DNA from: Bacillota bacterium
Lineage (GTDB): Bacteria; Bacillota; JAAYKD01
Assembly (NCBI GenBank): GCA_963666425.2
Contig: OY762825.2
Span: forward strand, 32,001 to 96,000
Length of the DNA stretch: 64,000 bases
Direction: 5' to 3'
Positions 42,373-53,254 of the stretch are shown one piece after another. Position 1 is the first letter of the stretch; every line of letters begins with the position of its first letter. The notes beneath the pieces are model-generated. The model saw only the letters and a list, made by a program, of their open reading frames with translations. It was not told where the DNA came from and searched no databases. The position numbers and the translations under genes were made by a program.

Positions 42373-44049
42373 ATGGAAGTAAAAATGTCTATTGGTCAAA
42401 GTATTAAATTAATCCCGTTGGGCGGCTTGGGTGAGTTGGGTAAGAATATGATGATCGTCTGTGTGGGAGACGATTGGGTGATCATCGATTCCGGCTCCGC
42501 TATGCCGGAAGATGGTATGCTGGGAATTGATGTTGTCATCCCGGATGTCAGTATTCTCCTGGAAAACCAGGACAAGATCAAGGGTTTGATCTTAACACAT
42601 GGTCATGAGGATCATATCGGCGCTTTGCCGTATCTGCTGGAGCAGCTCAATTTGCCGGTTTACGGCACCAAGCTGACTTTAGCAATGGCGCGTTTTTATC
42701 TCAACGAATATGATTATTTCGAACCGGTGCAGATGAATACCATCGAAGCCGGCAAACCGTTTATGTTGGGACAGATGCTCTGTGAATTGATTCATGTTAA
42801 TCACGATATCGGCGATGCCTGCGGCGTGGCGATTAAAACCGAAATGGGCTGGATTATTCATACCGGTGATTTTAAAGTCGATTATACGCCGGTGGATGGC
42901 AAACGCACCGATCTGGATCGTTTTGGGACCTTAGGCCGCGAAGGGGTTTTGGTTCTGCTTTCCGATTCTGTCAACGCGGAATACATGGGCAGCACGCTTT
43001 CGGAAAAAGCAATTGGCGACCAGCTCTCCGGCATGATTCGTCATGCGGCGGGGCGTGTGATCATCCATCTCTATATCACCGATTTGGTGCGTGTGCAGCA
43101 GGTGCTGACCATCGCTGAAGAAACCGGCCGCCGCGTCTCCATTCCAACCGAGCAACTGCTGAATGTGATGGAGCGGGCGGAGAGCGCCGGTTGTCTGACC
43201 TACAGCCGCCGTAATGTGGCTTCGGCACAGAATAAGAATCACCGCGGCAATGTCAAAAGCAAACCCGGCATCGTTTTACTGGCTTCCATTCCGGGCGAGC
43301 CTTATCTGAGCCCCTTAAGCGGTGAGAGCGGTCAGCGCTTTCCATTGGAAAAAGAGGATACGGTCATTCTGACCGGTTCGTATCATGCCGGCACTGAGAA
43401 AACTTTCATTCGCACCATCGATATGCTCTATCGTCAGGGAGCAGAGCAGGTTTATGACTTGATTTCGCGCAATCATATCAGTTCGCATGCCGGACAGGAC
43501 GAGCTGAAGCTGGTGCTGTCGCTGACCAATCCCAAGTATTTTATCCCCATTCACGGCGAGATGCGCCATATGATGCAGCACAAATACCTGGCTGAGCAGC
43601 TGGGCTGGCTGGATGAGAATATTTTCATTCTGACCAACGGTGAAGTCTTAGAATTCAGCGACCTGGGCGCCGCCATTACCGACCGGGTACCGGCTGAAAA
43701 AGTATTGGTGGACGGTTTAGGTGTGGGAGACATCGGCAATGTGGTGCTGAAAGACCGGAAATTATTGGCACAGGATGGCGTGGTGATTGTGGCTCTGGCC
43801 CTGAAACGGCGCAGCAAACAATTGGTCGGCTTACCCGAACTGATTACCCGCGGTTTTGTTTATACCAAAGAATCGGAAGCGTTGATTGATGATGTGACAT
43901 CAAAACTGGCCGATTTTGTGCGGGCAACGGATATGAAGAATTACGATCCGGCACTTTTCCGCGGTCTCGTCAAGGATGCCGTATCGAAAATGCTGTTTGA
44001 GAAAACCAGGCGCAGACCGATGGTGCTGCCGGTTATTCTGGATATTTAA
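42373..44049 (+). CDS. rnj: Ribonuclease J (divergent)
   Basis: PLGGLGE.GKNM, THGHEDHIG, HTGDFK, PIHGE and RRPMVLP motifs. Confidence 0.88.
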   Translation: MEVKMSIGQSIKLIPLGGLGELGKNMMIVCVGDDWVIIDSGSAMPEDGMLGIDVVIPDVSILLENQDKIKGLILTHGHEDHIGALPYLLEQLNLPVYGTKLTLAMARFYLNEYDYFEPVQMNTIEAGKPFMLGQMLCELIHVNHDIGDACGVAIKTEMGWIIHTGDFKVDYTPVDGKRTDLDRFGTLGREGVLVLLSDSVNAEYMGSTLSEKAIGDQLSGMIRHAAGRVIIHLYITDLVRVQQVLTIAEETGRRVSIPTEQLLNVMERAESAGCLTYSRRNVASAQNKNHRGNVKSKPGIVLLASIPGEPYLSPLSGESGQRFPLEKEDTVILTGSYHAGTEKTFIRTIDMLYRQGAEQVYDLISRNHISSHAGQDELKLVLSLTNPKYFIPIHGEMRHMMQHKYLAEQLGWLDENIFILTNGEVLEFSDLGAAITDRVPAEKVLVDGLGVGDIGNVVLKDRKLLAQDGVVIVALALKRRSKQLVGLPELITRGFVYTKESEALIDDVTSKLADFVRATDMKNYDPALFRGLVKDAVSKMLFEKTRRRPMVLPVILDI

Positions 44050-44068
44050 GTTATTTAACTAAGAAATG

Positions 44069-44095
44069 AAAGCTGCCGTTAGCGGTAGCTTTTTT
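44069..44095 (+). terminator. Intrinsic terminator
   Basis: AAAGCTGCCG/CGGTAGCTTT followed by a T run. Confidence 0.75.
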
Positions 44096-44145
44096 CTTGT
44101 ATAGTTCTTATCGCTTGTGGTATAATCAGCTTATGCATTAGAAAA

Positions 44146-46662
44146 TTGACAGAGGTGATTGATTTGACCGAGACCAAAAAACGCCGCAGAAGAAAGTCGG
44201 CACCAAAACCTTTTTTCAGCGAAGGTTTTTTGCGTTCCGCAAAATGGCTGCTGCCTTTGGTGGGCTCCTTTGTTTTAATTTACATCGGCATCAGTTTGTT
44301 TTACGATAAAACAGGCAGTATCGGCAGCGTGTTGGCCGATTTTTTCCGTTATATGTTTGGCAGCGCAGCCATCCTGCCGATTGCTACCTTATTATATGTT
44401 TGTCTGGCTGTTTTATTGGCGCGCCCAAATGGCATCCGCGCCGGGTTGTTGATTGGTATTGTCATTTTGAATTTTGTTGTGATGATGTCGGTCGCCTTAG
44501 GGTTTTGGTTTCAGCGGCAAGATATTATGGCGGAAGAGTCCTTTCGCCGGGCGGGTGGAATTCTCGGCTCTTCCTTGCTGAATGCTATTTTACAGATTGT
44601 TGGCACCGCCGGCAGCGTATTGGTCTTGCTTTTACTGGTTTTTGTGGCGGTTTGTCTCATCAGTCACCTGGCACCGTCCTATTTCCTGACGCTGTTTGGG
44701 CGGCAAATCAAGCGCTTATTCCAGGCCAGACCCAAAATCAGCCTACCTGTTTTTAACAAAAATCAACAGACTCAAAATGCTGTCCAACCCGCAGAAGCGA
44801 AACAGCTGCAACTGAGTATAGCGGCCAATCGGCAGCCGGCAGAGGCTGCCGCAGAAATTTCACCGGAGAAACGGCTGAGTTCCATTCGGATTGCGGGAGA
44901 GAAGATACAGCAGTCAGGCTTATCTGTTTCGCCGGCCAACGAAGTGATGCAATTGACTCCGGATTCGGAGTTGATTTATCAGCAAAACACAGCGCAGCTG
45001 AATTTAGACGCAGAAGAACCCGCGATGCAGCCGCCAAAGCCTCGCTTCACCGTGGAGAGTATCGCCATGGATGCGGCACCGCCAACCGCTGGCAATCCTG
45101 TTGCCGCTGTTCCGGAGCGGATGTCTAGCGGTAAAGCGATGAACTCACCGCAGCGCAAAGAAAATCCGTTGACTGTCGTCGGAAAAAGCACTGCTAAAGA
45201 TGATGTGGAAACAAGTGTGATGCCGCAGCATAAAGTAGCTGCCTATATCAAACCACCCCTGGAATTGCTTGCCGCCGGTTTAGCGATGCCGAAGAACCGC
45301 ATGGCGGAGTTAGAAGAGAAAACCGATCAATTGGAACAGACACTGGCCGTTTTTGGCGTCAAAGCCAAAGTGGTGCATGTCAGCTGCGGCCCGGCAATTA
45401 CCCGCTATGAACTACAATTAGCGCCGGGAATCCGCGTCAATAAAGTGGCGAATTTAGCCGATGATATAGCGCTGAGCCTGGCAGCGACCGGGGTACGGAT
45501 TGAAGCGCCGATTCCCGGCAAGCCTGCTATTGGCATTGAAGTACCGAACAAAGAGGTCGCCATTGTGGCCATCCGTGATGTCTTATCTTCCCCTGAATTC
45601 CAGAATTCCGATAAAGGGGTGATCGTGGCGCTGGGCAAAGATATCGCCGGTAGGACAATTGTGACGGATTTGACCAAGATGCCGCATCTCTTAATCGCCG
45701 GTGCTACCGGTTCCGGTAAAAGCGTCTGCATGAATTGTATTATTACCAGTTTATTGTATCGCTTTTCTCCACAGCAAGTGAAAATGATCATGATCGATCC
45801 CAAGGTGGTGGAAATGATCAATTATAACGGCATTCCGCATTTGTTGTCACCGGTAGTGACCGATCCTAAAAAAGCGGCCGGCGTGCTGCGTTCCGTGACC
45901 AAAGAAATGGATCGGCGTTACGAATTGTTTGCCGTGCTGGGTGTCAAAAGCATTGGTCAATTCAATGAACGAGTCAATTTAAGCGGCGAGCGCGAAGCGC
46001 TGCCCTATTGGATTGTTTTTATCGATGAATTGGCGGATCTGATGATCGTGGCCAAAGAAGATGTGGAAGAATCGATTATCCGCATTGCTCAATTGGCGCG
46101 GGCCTGCGGTATTCATTTGGTGATGGGCACGCAGCGGCCTTCCGCCGATGTAATCACCGGCACAATCAAGGCCAATATTCCTTCCCGTATTGCTTTTGCG
46201 GTTTCCTCCGGCACCGACTCCCGTATCATTTTGGACATGAACGGCGCCGAGAAATTGTTGGGCCGCGGCGATATGCTGTTTCAGCCAATGGGTATTCCCA
46301 AACCGATCCGCATCCAGGGAGCCTATATTTCCGAAAAGGAATTGGATGCGGTGATTGCGCATGTCAAAATGCAGGGTGCACCCGTCTTTAACGAGGCTAT
46401 TCTGACGCCGGAAGAATTGGAAAACGAAGAAACCGATACGGGTGATCTGGATGATTTCTTCCTGCAGGCAGCCCGCATCGTGATCGAATCCGGGCAAGGT
46501 TCGGTTTCCTATTTGCAGCGCAGATTAAAAGTGGGTCACAGCCGGGCAGGCCGCCTGATGGATCAATTGGAAGAATACGGCGTGGTCGGTCCGGCGCAGG
46601 GCAGCAAGCCGCGGGAAGTGACGATGTCGAAAGAACAATTGGAGAACAAATTCAGTGAATAA
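44146..46662 (+). CDS. ftsK: DNA translocase FtsK/SpoIIIE
   Basis: N-terminal TM helices, AGATGSGKS, IDELADLM and gamma domain LQRRLKVG..RA; start may be TTG at 44164. Confidence 0.96.
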   Translation: MTEVIDLTETKKRRRRKSAPKPFFSEGFLRSAKWLLPLVGSFVLIYIGISLFYDKTGSIGSVLADFFRYMFGSAAILPIATLLYVCLAVLLARPNGIRAGLLIGIVILNFVVMMSVALGFWFQRQDIMAEESFRRAGGILGSSLLNAILQIVGTAGSVLVLLLLVFVAVCLISHLAPSYFLTLFGRQIKRLFQARPKISLPVFNKNQQTQNAVQPAEAKQLQLSIAANRQPAEAAAEISPEKRLSSIRIAGEKIQQSGLSVSPANEVMQLTPDSELIYQQNTAQLNLDAEEPAMQPPKPRFTVESIAMDAAPPTAGNPVAAVPERMSSGKAMNSPQRKENPLTVVGKSTAKDDVETSVMPQHKVAAYIKPPLELLAAGLAMPKNRMAELEEKTDQLEQTLAVFGVKAKVVHVSCGPAITRYELQLAPGIRVNKVANLADDIALSLAATGVRIEAPIPGKPAIGIEVPNKEVAIVAIRDVLSSPEFQNSDKGVIVALGKDIAGRTIVTDLTKMPHLLIAGATGSGKSVCMNCIITSLLYRFSPQQVKMIMIDPKVVEMINYNGIPHLLSPVVTDPKKAAGVLRSVTKEMDRRYELFAVLGVKSIGQFNERVNLSGEREALPYWIVFIDELADLMIVAKEDVEESIIRIAQLARACGIHLVMGTQRPSADVITGTIKANIPSRIAFAVSSGTDSRIILDMNGAEKLLGRGDMLFQPMGIPKPIRIQGAYISEKELDAVIAHVKMQGAPVFNEAILTPEELENEETDTGDLDDFFLQAARIVIESGQGSVSYLQRRLKVGHSRAGRLMDQLEEYGVVGPAQGSKPREVTMSKEQLENKFSE

Positions 46663-46691
46663 CGATATCAACAAACAATAAGGAGTAAACA

Positions 46692-48548
46692 ATGGCTTTT
46701 TTACCGATAACTGCAGCCGAAATGCAGGCAAGAGAATGGGATGAATGTGATTTTATTATGGTCTGCGGTGACGCTTATGTGGATCATCCCAGCTTTGGCA
46801 GCGCGATTATCAGCCGCATGTTGGAAGCGGAAGGGTTCCGGGTGGGGATGATTGCCCAACCCAACTGGAAAGACGATAAACAATTTACGCAGCTCGGCAG
46901 GCCGCGTTTGGGCTTTTTGGTTTCCAGCGGCAATTTAGATTCGATGCTGAATAATTATACGGCCAATAAAAAGCGGCGCAGCGAAGACGATTATGCGGCC
47001 GGCGGAATCGGGGGTAAAAGACCGAATCGGGCGGTGACGGTTTATTGTCAGATCATTCGGCGCTTATATGGCGATGTACCGATTGTACTCGGCGGCATCG
47101 AAGCGAGCTTACGTAAAATGGCGCATTACGATTACTGGGACGATAAAGTGATGCAATCTATTTTAGCGGACAGCAAGGCCGATCTGCTGATTTACGGCAT
47201 GGGCGAGAAACAGACGAAGGAAATTGCAAGATATGCGCGAAGAGGCGTACCCCTGACCAAATTGCACGAAATTGCCGGCAGCGCCTATCTGCAGGATGAG
47301 TTCAGCCCGGAAGAGAATACCGTCGAGCTTCCTTCCTATGAACAGGTTGTCAATGACAGAAGAAGTTACGCCACAGCATTTCGCCTCAGCGAACTGGAAC
47401 AAAATCCTTTTTCCGGGAAGAAGCTGGCGCAAAAACAGAAAACCAATTGGCTGATCGTCAATCCCCCGGCGAAACCGCTTTCTACCGCCGAATTGGATGC
47501 GGTCTACGATCTGCCTTATGAACGAGCCTGGCATCCCAGCTACGATGCTTTGGGTGGTGTTCCGGCGCTGCATGAAGTGGAATTCAGCATCACCAGTCAT
47601 CGCGGCTGCTTTGGTGGCTGCAATTTTTGTGCTATCACCAGCCATCAGGGCAGAATCATCCAAGCCCGCAGCCATGAGAGTATTTTGCGTGAGATTCGGC
47701 TGATGACCAACTCCCATCGCTTTAAAGGTTATATTCACGATATTGGGGGACCCAGCGCCAATTTCCGCATTCCATCCTGTCAAAAACAATTGACGGTGGG
47801 AACCTGCAGTAACCGTCAATGTTTGTTCCCCGAACCTTGTCCCAATTTGGATGCCGACCACAGCGATTATTTTGCCCTGCTGCGGGAGGCACGCGTGATT
47901 CCCAAGGTAAAGAAAGTTTTCGTCCGTTCCGGCGTACGTTATGATTACTTGCTGGCGGATCCCAAGGGCAGAGCCTATTTGAAGGAACTCTGTCAGTACC
48001 ATATCAGCGGACAATTAAAAGTGGCGCCGGAGCATGTGGCCGATTCGGTGATGCAGACTATGGGCAAACCCGGTGTCAGCGTCTTCAATCGCTTCCGCAA
48101 AATGTACGAAGAAGTCAATCGGGAATTGGGCAGAGATCAGTTTTTGGTGCCTTATTTCATGACATCTCATCCCGGCTGCTCCCTGCAGGACGCCGTGACA
48201 CTAGCAGAATATGTGCATGATCTCGGCTTTCAGCCGGAGCAGGTACAGGATTTCATCCCAACTCCAGGCAGTGTTTCCACCGCAATGTATTACACCGGCT
48301 TGAACCCGATGACCGGGGAAGCCGTAACCGTGGTCAAAACAGCAGAAAAACGCAAACTGCAGCGCGCATTGCTGCAATACCGCCGTCCGGACAATCGTGA
48401 CGAAGTCTTGAAAGCCTTACATCAGGCAGGCAGAGAAGACTTAATCGGTTATGATAAAAACAGTCTAATCCGTCCTACGGGCAACGTGCAGCCTAAAAAA
48501 ACACGGCGCAGCGGCTATAAAAAACCAAATCTGGGGGCTAGAAAATGA
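46692..48548 (+). CDS. YgiQ family radical SAM protein
   Basis: GDAYVDHPSFG and RGCFGGCNFC motifs. Confidence 0.93.
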   Translation: MAFLPITAAEMQAREWDECDFIMVCGDAYVDHPSFGSAIISRMLEAEGFRVGMIAQPNWKDDKQFTQLGRPRLGFLVSSGNLDSMLNNYTANKKRRSEDDYAAGGIGGKRPNRAVTVYCQIIRRLYGDVPIVLGGIEASLRKMAHYDYWDDKVMQSILADSKADLLIYGMGEKQTKEIARYARRGVPLTKLHEIAGSAYLQDEFSPEENTVELPSYEQVVNDRRSYATAFRLSELEQNPFSGKKLAQKQKTNWLIVNPPAKPLSTAELDAVYDLPYERAWHPSYDALGGVPALHEVEFSITSHRGCFGGCNFCAITSHQGRIIQARSHESILREIRLMTNSHRFKGYIHDIGGPSANFRIPSCQKQLTVGTCSNRQCLFPEPCPNLDADHSDYFALLREARVIPKVKKVFVRSGVRYDYLLADPKGRAYLKELCQYHISGQLKVAPEHVADSVMQTMGKPGVSVFNRFRKMYEEVNRELGRDQFLVPYFMTSHPGCSLQDAVTLAEYVHDLGFQPEQVQDFIPTPGSVSTAMYYTGLNPMTGEAVTVVKTAEKRKLQRALLQYRRPDNRDEVLKALHQAGREDLIGYDKNSLIRPTGNVQPKKTRRSGYKKPNLGARK

Positions 48549-49879
48549 AATTCTCGATGATCTCTTTGGGCTGCACCAAAAACCTGGTCGACAGCGAAAT
48601 GATGATGGGTGTTTTGGCGAACGCCGGTTATACTTATGCGCAGCCGGAAGAATCCGAAGTAGTGGTCGTCAATACCTGCGGTTTTATCGAATCGGCTAAA
48701 CAGGAATCGATCGATCAGATTCTGGAAATGGCCGAACTGAAAAAAACCGGAGCGTTAAAGTATCTCTTGGTGACTGGCTGTTTGGTGCAGCGCTATGCCA
48801 AGGAATTGGCAGCGGAACTACCGGAAGTGGACGCTTTAATCGGTGTGGGTGATTTCCCTTCTGTGTTGAAGATCTTGGAGCAGATCCGCCAGCAAAAACA
48901 GCAAGTGGTAGCGGTCAGCGAGCCTGAGAATTATTTGTTTGATCATACCATGCCGCGTATGCAGGCAACGATGCCGGCGATCGCATATGTTAAAATTGCC
49001 GACGGCTGCAATAACCGCTGCAGCTATTGTGCCATCCCAATGATCCGCGGTCATTACCGCAGCCGCACGGTGGAAGATATTCTGGCAGAATGCCGCGAAC
49101 TGGTGGCGAACGGCGTGCGCGAGATTTGTCTGATTGCGCAGGACTGCACGCTCTATGGCCAAGACCTTTACGGCGAATATGCTCTCGGCCGTCTCTGCCG
49201 CGAACTGGTGCAAATAGCAGAACTGCACTGGCTGAGAATTCTTTATTTCTACCCGACACATTTTACCGACGACTTTATAGAATTGATGGCAAGCAATCCC
49301 AAGATGTGTCAGTACATCGACCTGCCGCTGCAGCATTGCCAGGACAGCATTCTGCAAGCCATGCATCGCACCGGCAGCAAAGCGGAAATTCTCGCCCTGA
49401 TTGCCAAATTGCGCCAGGCGATGCCGGATTTGGTTTTACGCACCAGTTATATCGCCGGTTTCCCGGGGGAAACCGCAGAGGATGCCGAAGCACTGCGTCA
49501 ATTTATTTTACAGACGAAATTTGATCATGTTGGTGTCTTCACTTATTCGGCCGAAGACGGTACCGGCGCGGTTGCTATGCCAATGCAAGTGGAAGAAGCA
49601 GAAAAACAGCGGCGGCGCAATTTGCTGATGGAAGCGCAGCAAAGTGTGGTGCAGGAAAAATTGCAGCGTTGGCTGGGCAAGGAGATTGAGGTCCTCTTGG
49701 AGAAAGAAGTGTCCGAACAGTGTTGGCTGGGACGTTTTCGCGGTCAGGCACCCGATATCGATGGCCTGGTGATTTATCAGGGCAACGGTGTGGTGGGGAG
49801 CTTTGTCAAGGCGAGAGCAATCGCAATTCAAGGCTATGATTTAGTGGCAGAAGCAATTAAAGGAGATGGCATCGCATGA
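48545..49879 (+). CDS. rimO: Ribosomal protein S12 methylthiotransferase
   Basis: SLGC.KNLVDSE, NTCGFI, GCNNRCSYC and a TRAM-like tail. Confidence 0.93.
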   Translation: MKFSMISLGCTKNLVDSEMMMGVLANAGYTYAQPEESEVVVVNTCGFIESAKQESIDQILEMAELKKTGALKYLLVTGCLVQRYAKELAAELPEVDALIGVGDFPSVLKILEQIRQQKQQVVAVSEPENYLFDHTMPRMQATMPAIAYVKIADGCNNRCSYCAIPMIRGHYRSRTVEDILAECRELVANGVREICLIAQDCTLYGQDLYGEYALGRLCRELVQIAELHWLRILYFYPTHFTDDFIELMASNPKMCQYIDLPLQHCQDSILQAMHRTGSKAEILALIAKLRQAMPDLVLRTSYIAGFPGETAEDAEALRQFILQTKFDHVGVFTYSAEDGTGAVAMPMQVEEAEKQRRRNLLMEAQQSVVQEKLQRWLGKEIEVLLEKEVSEQCWLGRFRGQAPDIDGLVIYQGNGVVGSFVKARAIAIQGYDLVAEAIKGDGIA

Positions 49880-51117
49880 ATGCGGAATTAATATCCGTCG
49901 GCACAGAAATTCTCTTAGGCCAAATCGTCAATACCAATGCCGCCTGGTTGGCGCAGCGTTTGGCGGATTTTGGCATCAATGTTTATCGTCAGATTACCGT
50001 AGGTGACAATGCGGCGCGCTTGACGGCCTGCATCCGCGAATCGATGTCGCGGGCTGATATTTTGATTTTAACCGGCGGTCTCGGCCCCACCGATGACGAC
50101 CTGACCCGGGAAGCGGTGGCGGAAGCAACCGGCCGCGAATTGGTCCTGGATGAAGGTCAGTTGAATTGGTTGATCAACCGTTTTCAATCCCGTCATGGCA
50201 AAATGACAGAGAATAACCGCAAACAGGCACTGAAACCACTGGGATCGATGCTGTTGGAGAATCCCAATGGCACAGCCTGCGGTTATGCCGTACCTTACCA
50301 GGATAAATGGCTTTTTTTGCTGCCCGGACCGCCTTGGGAAATGGACGCGATGTTCGAGAACCAAGTTGTACCGCTGCTGAAAGAACTGTATAATTTGGAA
50401 CAGCATTTATTCTCCCGCAATCTCAAATTCTTTGGAATCGGCGAATCGCAATTGGAGACGGAAGTACTCGACCTGATGCGCAGCCAGGTCGATCCTACCA
50501 TGGCGCTATATGCCGGCATGGGAGAAACCAAAATGCGTCTGACCACCAGAGCCGCCAATCGTGAGGTAGCGGATCTGAAATTTGACGCGCTCACTGCCGA
50601 AATTGCCAAACGTGTGGGAGAACACATTTACGGTACAGATGAAGATACGATCTTTTTCGCCGCAGCCAATCTGTTGTTGGCGCGTGGGGAAACCTTAGCG
50701 ACGGCAGAATCCTGCAGCGGCGGTCTTTTAGCCAGTTCGTTTACCGATATTCCCGGTAGTTCCGGTTATTTCCGGCAAGGTTGGGTCACTTACAGCAATG
50801 AAAGCAAAATGCAGCAGCTGCGAGTCAAGCCGGAGACGCTGGCGACCTTCGGCGCGGTCAGCGAAGAAACGGTGCGCGAGATGGCGGAACAGGCCAGAGC
50901 GATCAGCGGAACGGATTATGCCATTGCGGTCAGCGGCGTAGCCGGGCCAGGCGGCGGGACGGCCGAGAAACCGGTTGGCTTGGTTTGGCTGGCGGTTGCG
51001 TCCGGCAGCACTACCATGAGCAAGCAATTGAATTTGAGCGGTTCACGCAGTCAGATCAAAATGAGAACCGTAAAAAATGCCGCTTATCTCTTATGGCAAA
51101 CCCTAAAAACAAAATAA
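49876..51117 (+). CDS. cinA: Competence/damage-inducible protein CinA
   Basis: GTEILLG, GGLGPT.DD, AESCSGG and GVAGP motifs. Confidence 0.95.
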   Translation: MNAELISVGTEILLGQIVNTNAAWLAQRLADFGINVYRQITVGDNAARLTACIRESMSRADILILTGGLGPTDDDLTREAVAEATGRELVLDEGQLNWLINRFQSRHGKMTENNRKQALKPLGSMLLENPNGTACGYAVPYQDKWLFLLPGPPWEMDAMFENQVVPLLKELYNLEQHLFSRNLKFFGIGESQLETEVLDLMRSQVDPTMALYAGMGETKMRLTTRAANREVADLKFDALTAEIAKRVGEHIYGTDEDTIFFAAANLLLARGETLATAESCSGGLLASSFTDIPGSSGYFRQGWVTYSNESKMQQLRVKPETLATFGAVSEETVREMAEQARAISGTDYAIAVSGVAGPGGGTAEKPVGLVWLAVASGSTTMSKQLNLSGSRSQIKMRTVKNAAYLLWQTLKTK

Positions 51118-51171
51118 AGATTAGAAATTTGACGGCCTGGATTTTAAAAAGGGAAGGAGGATTGAGAAAGC

Positions 51172-52029
51172 ATGAATTTTCTCAATCTTCCTTTTACGTT
51201 GACTGGCGAAACCACGGCCAGAGCCCTGGCGCGTTTACAACCGCAAGACGGCAGCAACAATGTGCTCTCGCTGCGTGACTTGGAATTCATTGATCCTTTT
51301 GGCTTGGTTCTAACCTTGTCTTATCTGCGCTACCTCGCTATGGTGGTGGAGCGGGTCGGCTTATATCTGCCGCAAAACGATCAAGTCTTATCCTATTTGC
51401 AGCGCAGCGGATTTTTAAGTGAAGCCGAAAAGTATGCCACCCTGATTCCCAGCCAGCGCCTGCATTTTTTGCCACAAAGCGGGGAAGAACCCTGGCTGAT
51501 TCCCATCACCGTGATGAAACAGGAAGAAGATGTGGCGGGCTTAGTAATGATGATGATGAAAAATATGCAGCGTATGCTGCAAAACGGTGAAAAATCTCTC
51601 AGCCGCGATCAGCTGCAGATTTGCACGCTGCTGTCGGAAGTCTGCCAAAATGTGCCGCAGCACAGCGGTGATTTTGGCATCGTCGCCGCACAAAGTTATC
51701 GCAGCAAGCAAACAGGCGGCCGCAGCATCCATTTTGCCATCGCCGATTTGGGAATTGGTCTGCGCGGCAGCCTTTCCATTCATCATCCGGTGCGGGATTG
51801 GTCGGATGAAGCGGTGATCCGCTATGCTTTGCAGCAGGGTGTCTCCGGTACCAATGAAGCCGGCCGTGGTTTGGGTTTGACCCAGGTGGTGAAGGCCTTA
51901 GAACGCATGAATGGTGTTTTTTATCTGCGCTCAGGCAACGGGCTCTATGTGCAGAATAATTTTAGACAAGTTTACTACCCTTGCGGGTTTTTCCCGGGTG
52001 TACAAGTCAGTTTGGTAATTCATAGCTGA
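51172..52029 (+). CDS. STAS-like plus GHKL/HATPase_c domain protein
   Basis: L.FIDPFG, E..QN..H, IADLGIG and GRGLGL motifs; no HisKA domain. Confidence 0.65.
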   Translation: MNFLNLPFTLTGETTARALARLQPQDGSNNVLSLRDLEFIDPFGLVLTLSYLRYLAMVVERVGLYLPQNDQVLSYLQRSGFLSEAEKYATLIPSQRLHFLPQSGEEPWLIPITVMKQEEDVAGLVMMMMKNMQRMLQNGEKSLSRDQLQICTLLSEVCQNVPQHSGDFGIVAAQSYRSKQTGGRSIHFAIADLGIGLRGSLSIHHPVRDWSDEAVIRYALQQGVSGTNEAGRGLGLTQVVKALERMNGVFYLRSGNGLYVQNNFRQVYYPCGFFPGVQVSLVIHS

Positions 52030-52156
52030 CGAAGACAAGATGAAACGTGAATTTTTGCTTCGGGTAGCTAAATATTCGCTGCATGAGAAGGAGAAATTCC
52101 AGTAATTGACGAACTGATACGTCGTGTGCAGAAATGAGAAGAAGGGGAGAGCAAGA

Positions 52157-53218
52157 TTGCAGATTGTACTCGTGATCAATCCGGGTTCCACTTCAACAAA
52201 AGTTGCGCTCTATTGCGATTATGTCAAAGCAGCGGATCAGACTTTTTACCATACAGCGGAGGAACTGGCGGGTTTTGCCCAAACCATCGATCAATTGGAG
52301 TTCCGGCTGGAGCTGATTAAAGCATGGCTGCCGCTGGTTCTACCCGTTGGGGAAACTTTAACAGCAGTGGTTGGACGCGGTGGTATGCTGAAGCCTTTGC
52401 ACAGCGGCGTCTATTCGGTCAATCAAGCAATGCGGCAGGACTTAATATCCGGTGTTTACGGCATTCATGCATCCAATTTAGGCGGTTTATTGGCAGAACG
52501 CTTAGCGGCTTTGCATGCGGTAGAAGCGTTTATTGTCGACCCGGTTTCGGTTGATGAATTTGATCCGGTCGCGCGATTCAGCGGCTTACCGGAATTACCG
52601 CGTGTCAGCATGCTGCATGCGCTGAATATCCGAGCCATTGCCCTGCGTCATGCCCAATTGCAAAAACAAAAATACGAAACGCTGAACCTGATTGTGGCGC
52701 ATCTGGGCGGCGGTTTTTCCATTGCTCCCATTACAGGCGGCCGGGTGATTGATGTCAACAATGCCAATCAGAACGGTCCTTTTTCGGCCGAACGCGCCGG
52801 TACCCTGCCGGTTTATTCGCTGGTCCGTTTATGTTACAGCGGTCAGTATACTGAGAATGAAATGATTAAAAAGATCAACGGCAAAGCCGGCCTGATCGCT
52901 TATTTGGGAACCGGCGATCTGCGTGTGGTGGAACAGCGGATTGCAGCCGGTGACCGCCGCGCAGCAGAAGTCTATATGGCCATGATTTATCAGATTGGTA
53001 AGGAAATTGGCGCCATGGCGGTCACCCTGAAAGGGAAAGTGGACGCGATTCTGCTCACCGGCGGTATGGCGCACAGCGATCAGCTCTGCTGCGGTATCGA
53101 GGAATTGGTCAATTGGATTGCAGCGGTTTATCGATACCCGGGCGAGGACGAGATGCGTGCTCTGGCCGAGGGTGTTTTTCGGGTATTGAAGGGCGAGGAA
53201 ATCCTTCGCACTTATTAA
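52157..53218 (+). CDS. buk: Butyrate/branched-chain acid kinase
   Basis: INPGSTSTK, HASNLG and HLGGG motifs; TTG start after GGGGAG. Confidence 0.93.
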   Translation: MQIVLVINPGSTSTKVALYCDYVKAADQTFYHTAEELAGFAQTIDQLEFRLELIKAWLPLVLPVGETLTAVVGRGGMLKPLHSGVYSVNQAMRQDLISGVYGIHASNLGGLLAERLAALHAVEAFIVDPVSVDEFDPVARFSGLPELPRVSMLHALNIRAIALRHAQLQKQKYETLNLIVAHLGGGFSIAPITGGRVIDVNNANQNGPFSAERAGTLPVYSLVRLCYSGQYTENEMIKKINGKAGLIAYLGTGDLRVVEQRIAAGDRRAAEVYMAMIYQIGKEIGAMAVTLKGKVDAILLTGGMAHSDQLCCGIEELVNWIAAVYRYPGEDEMRALAEGVFRVLKGEEILRTY

Positions 53219-53254
53219 TATCATAGAACCTATAGAGAGAAAAAATAAGGAGAG

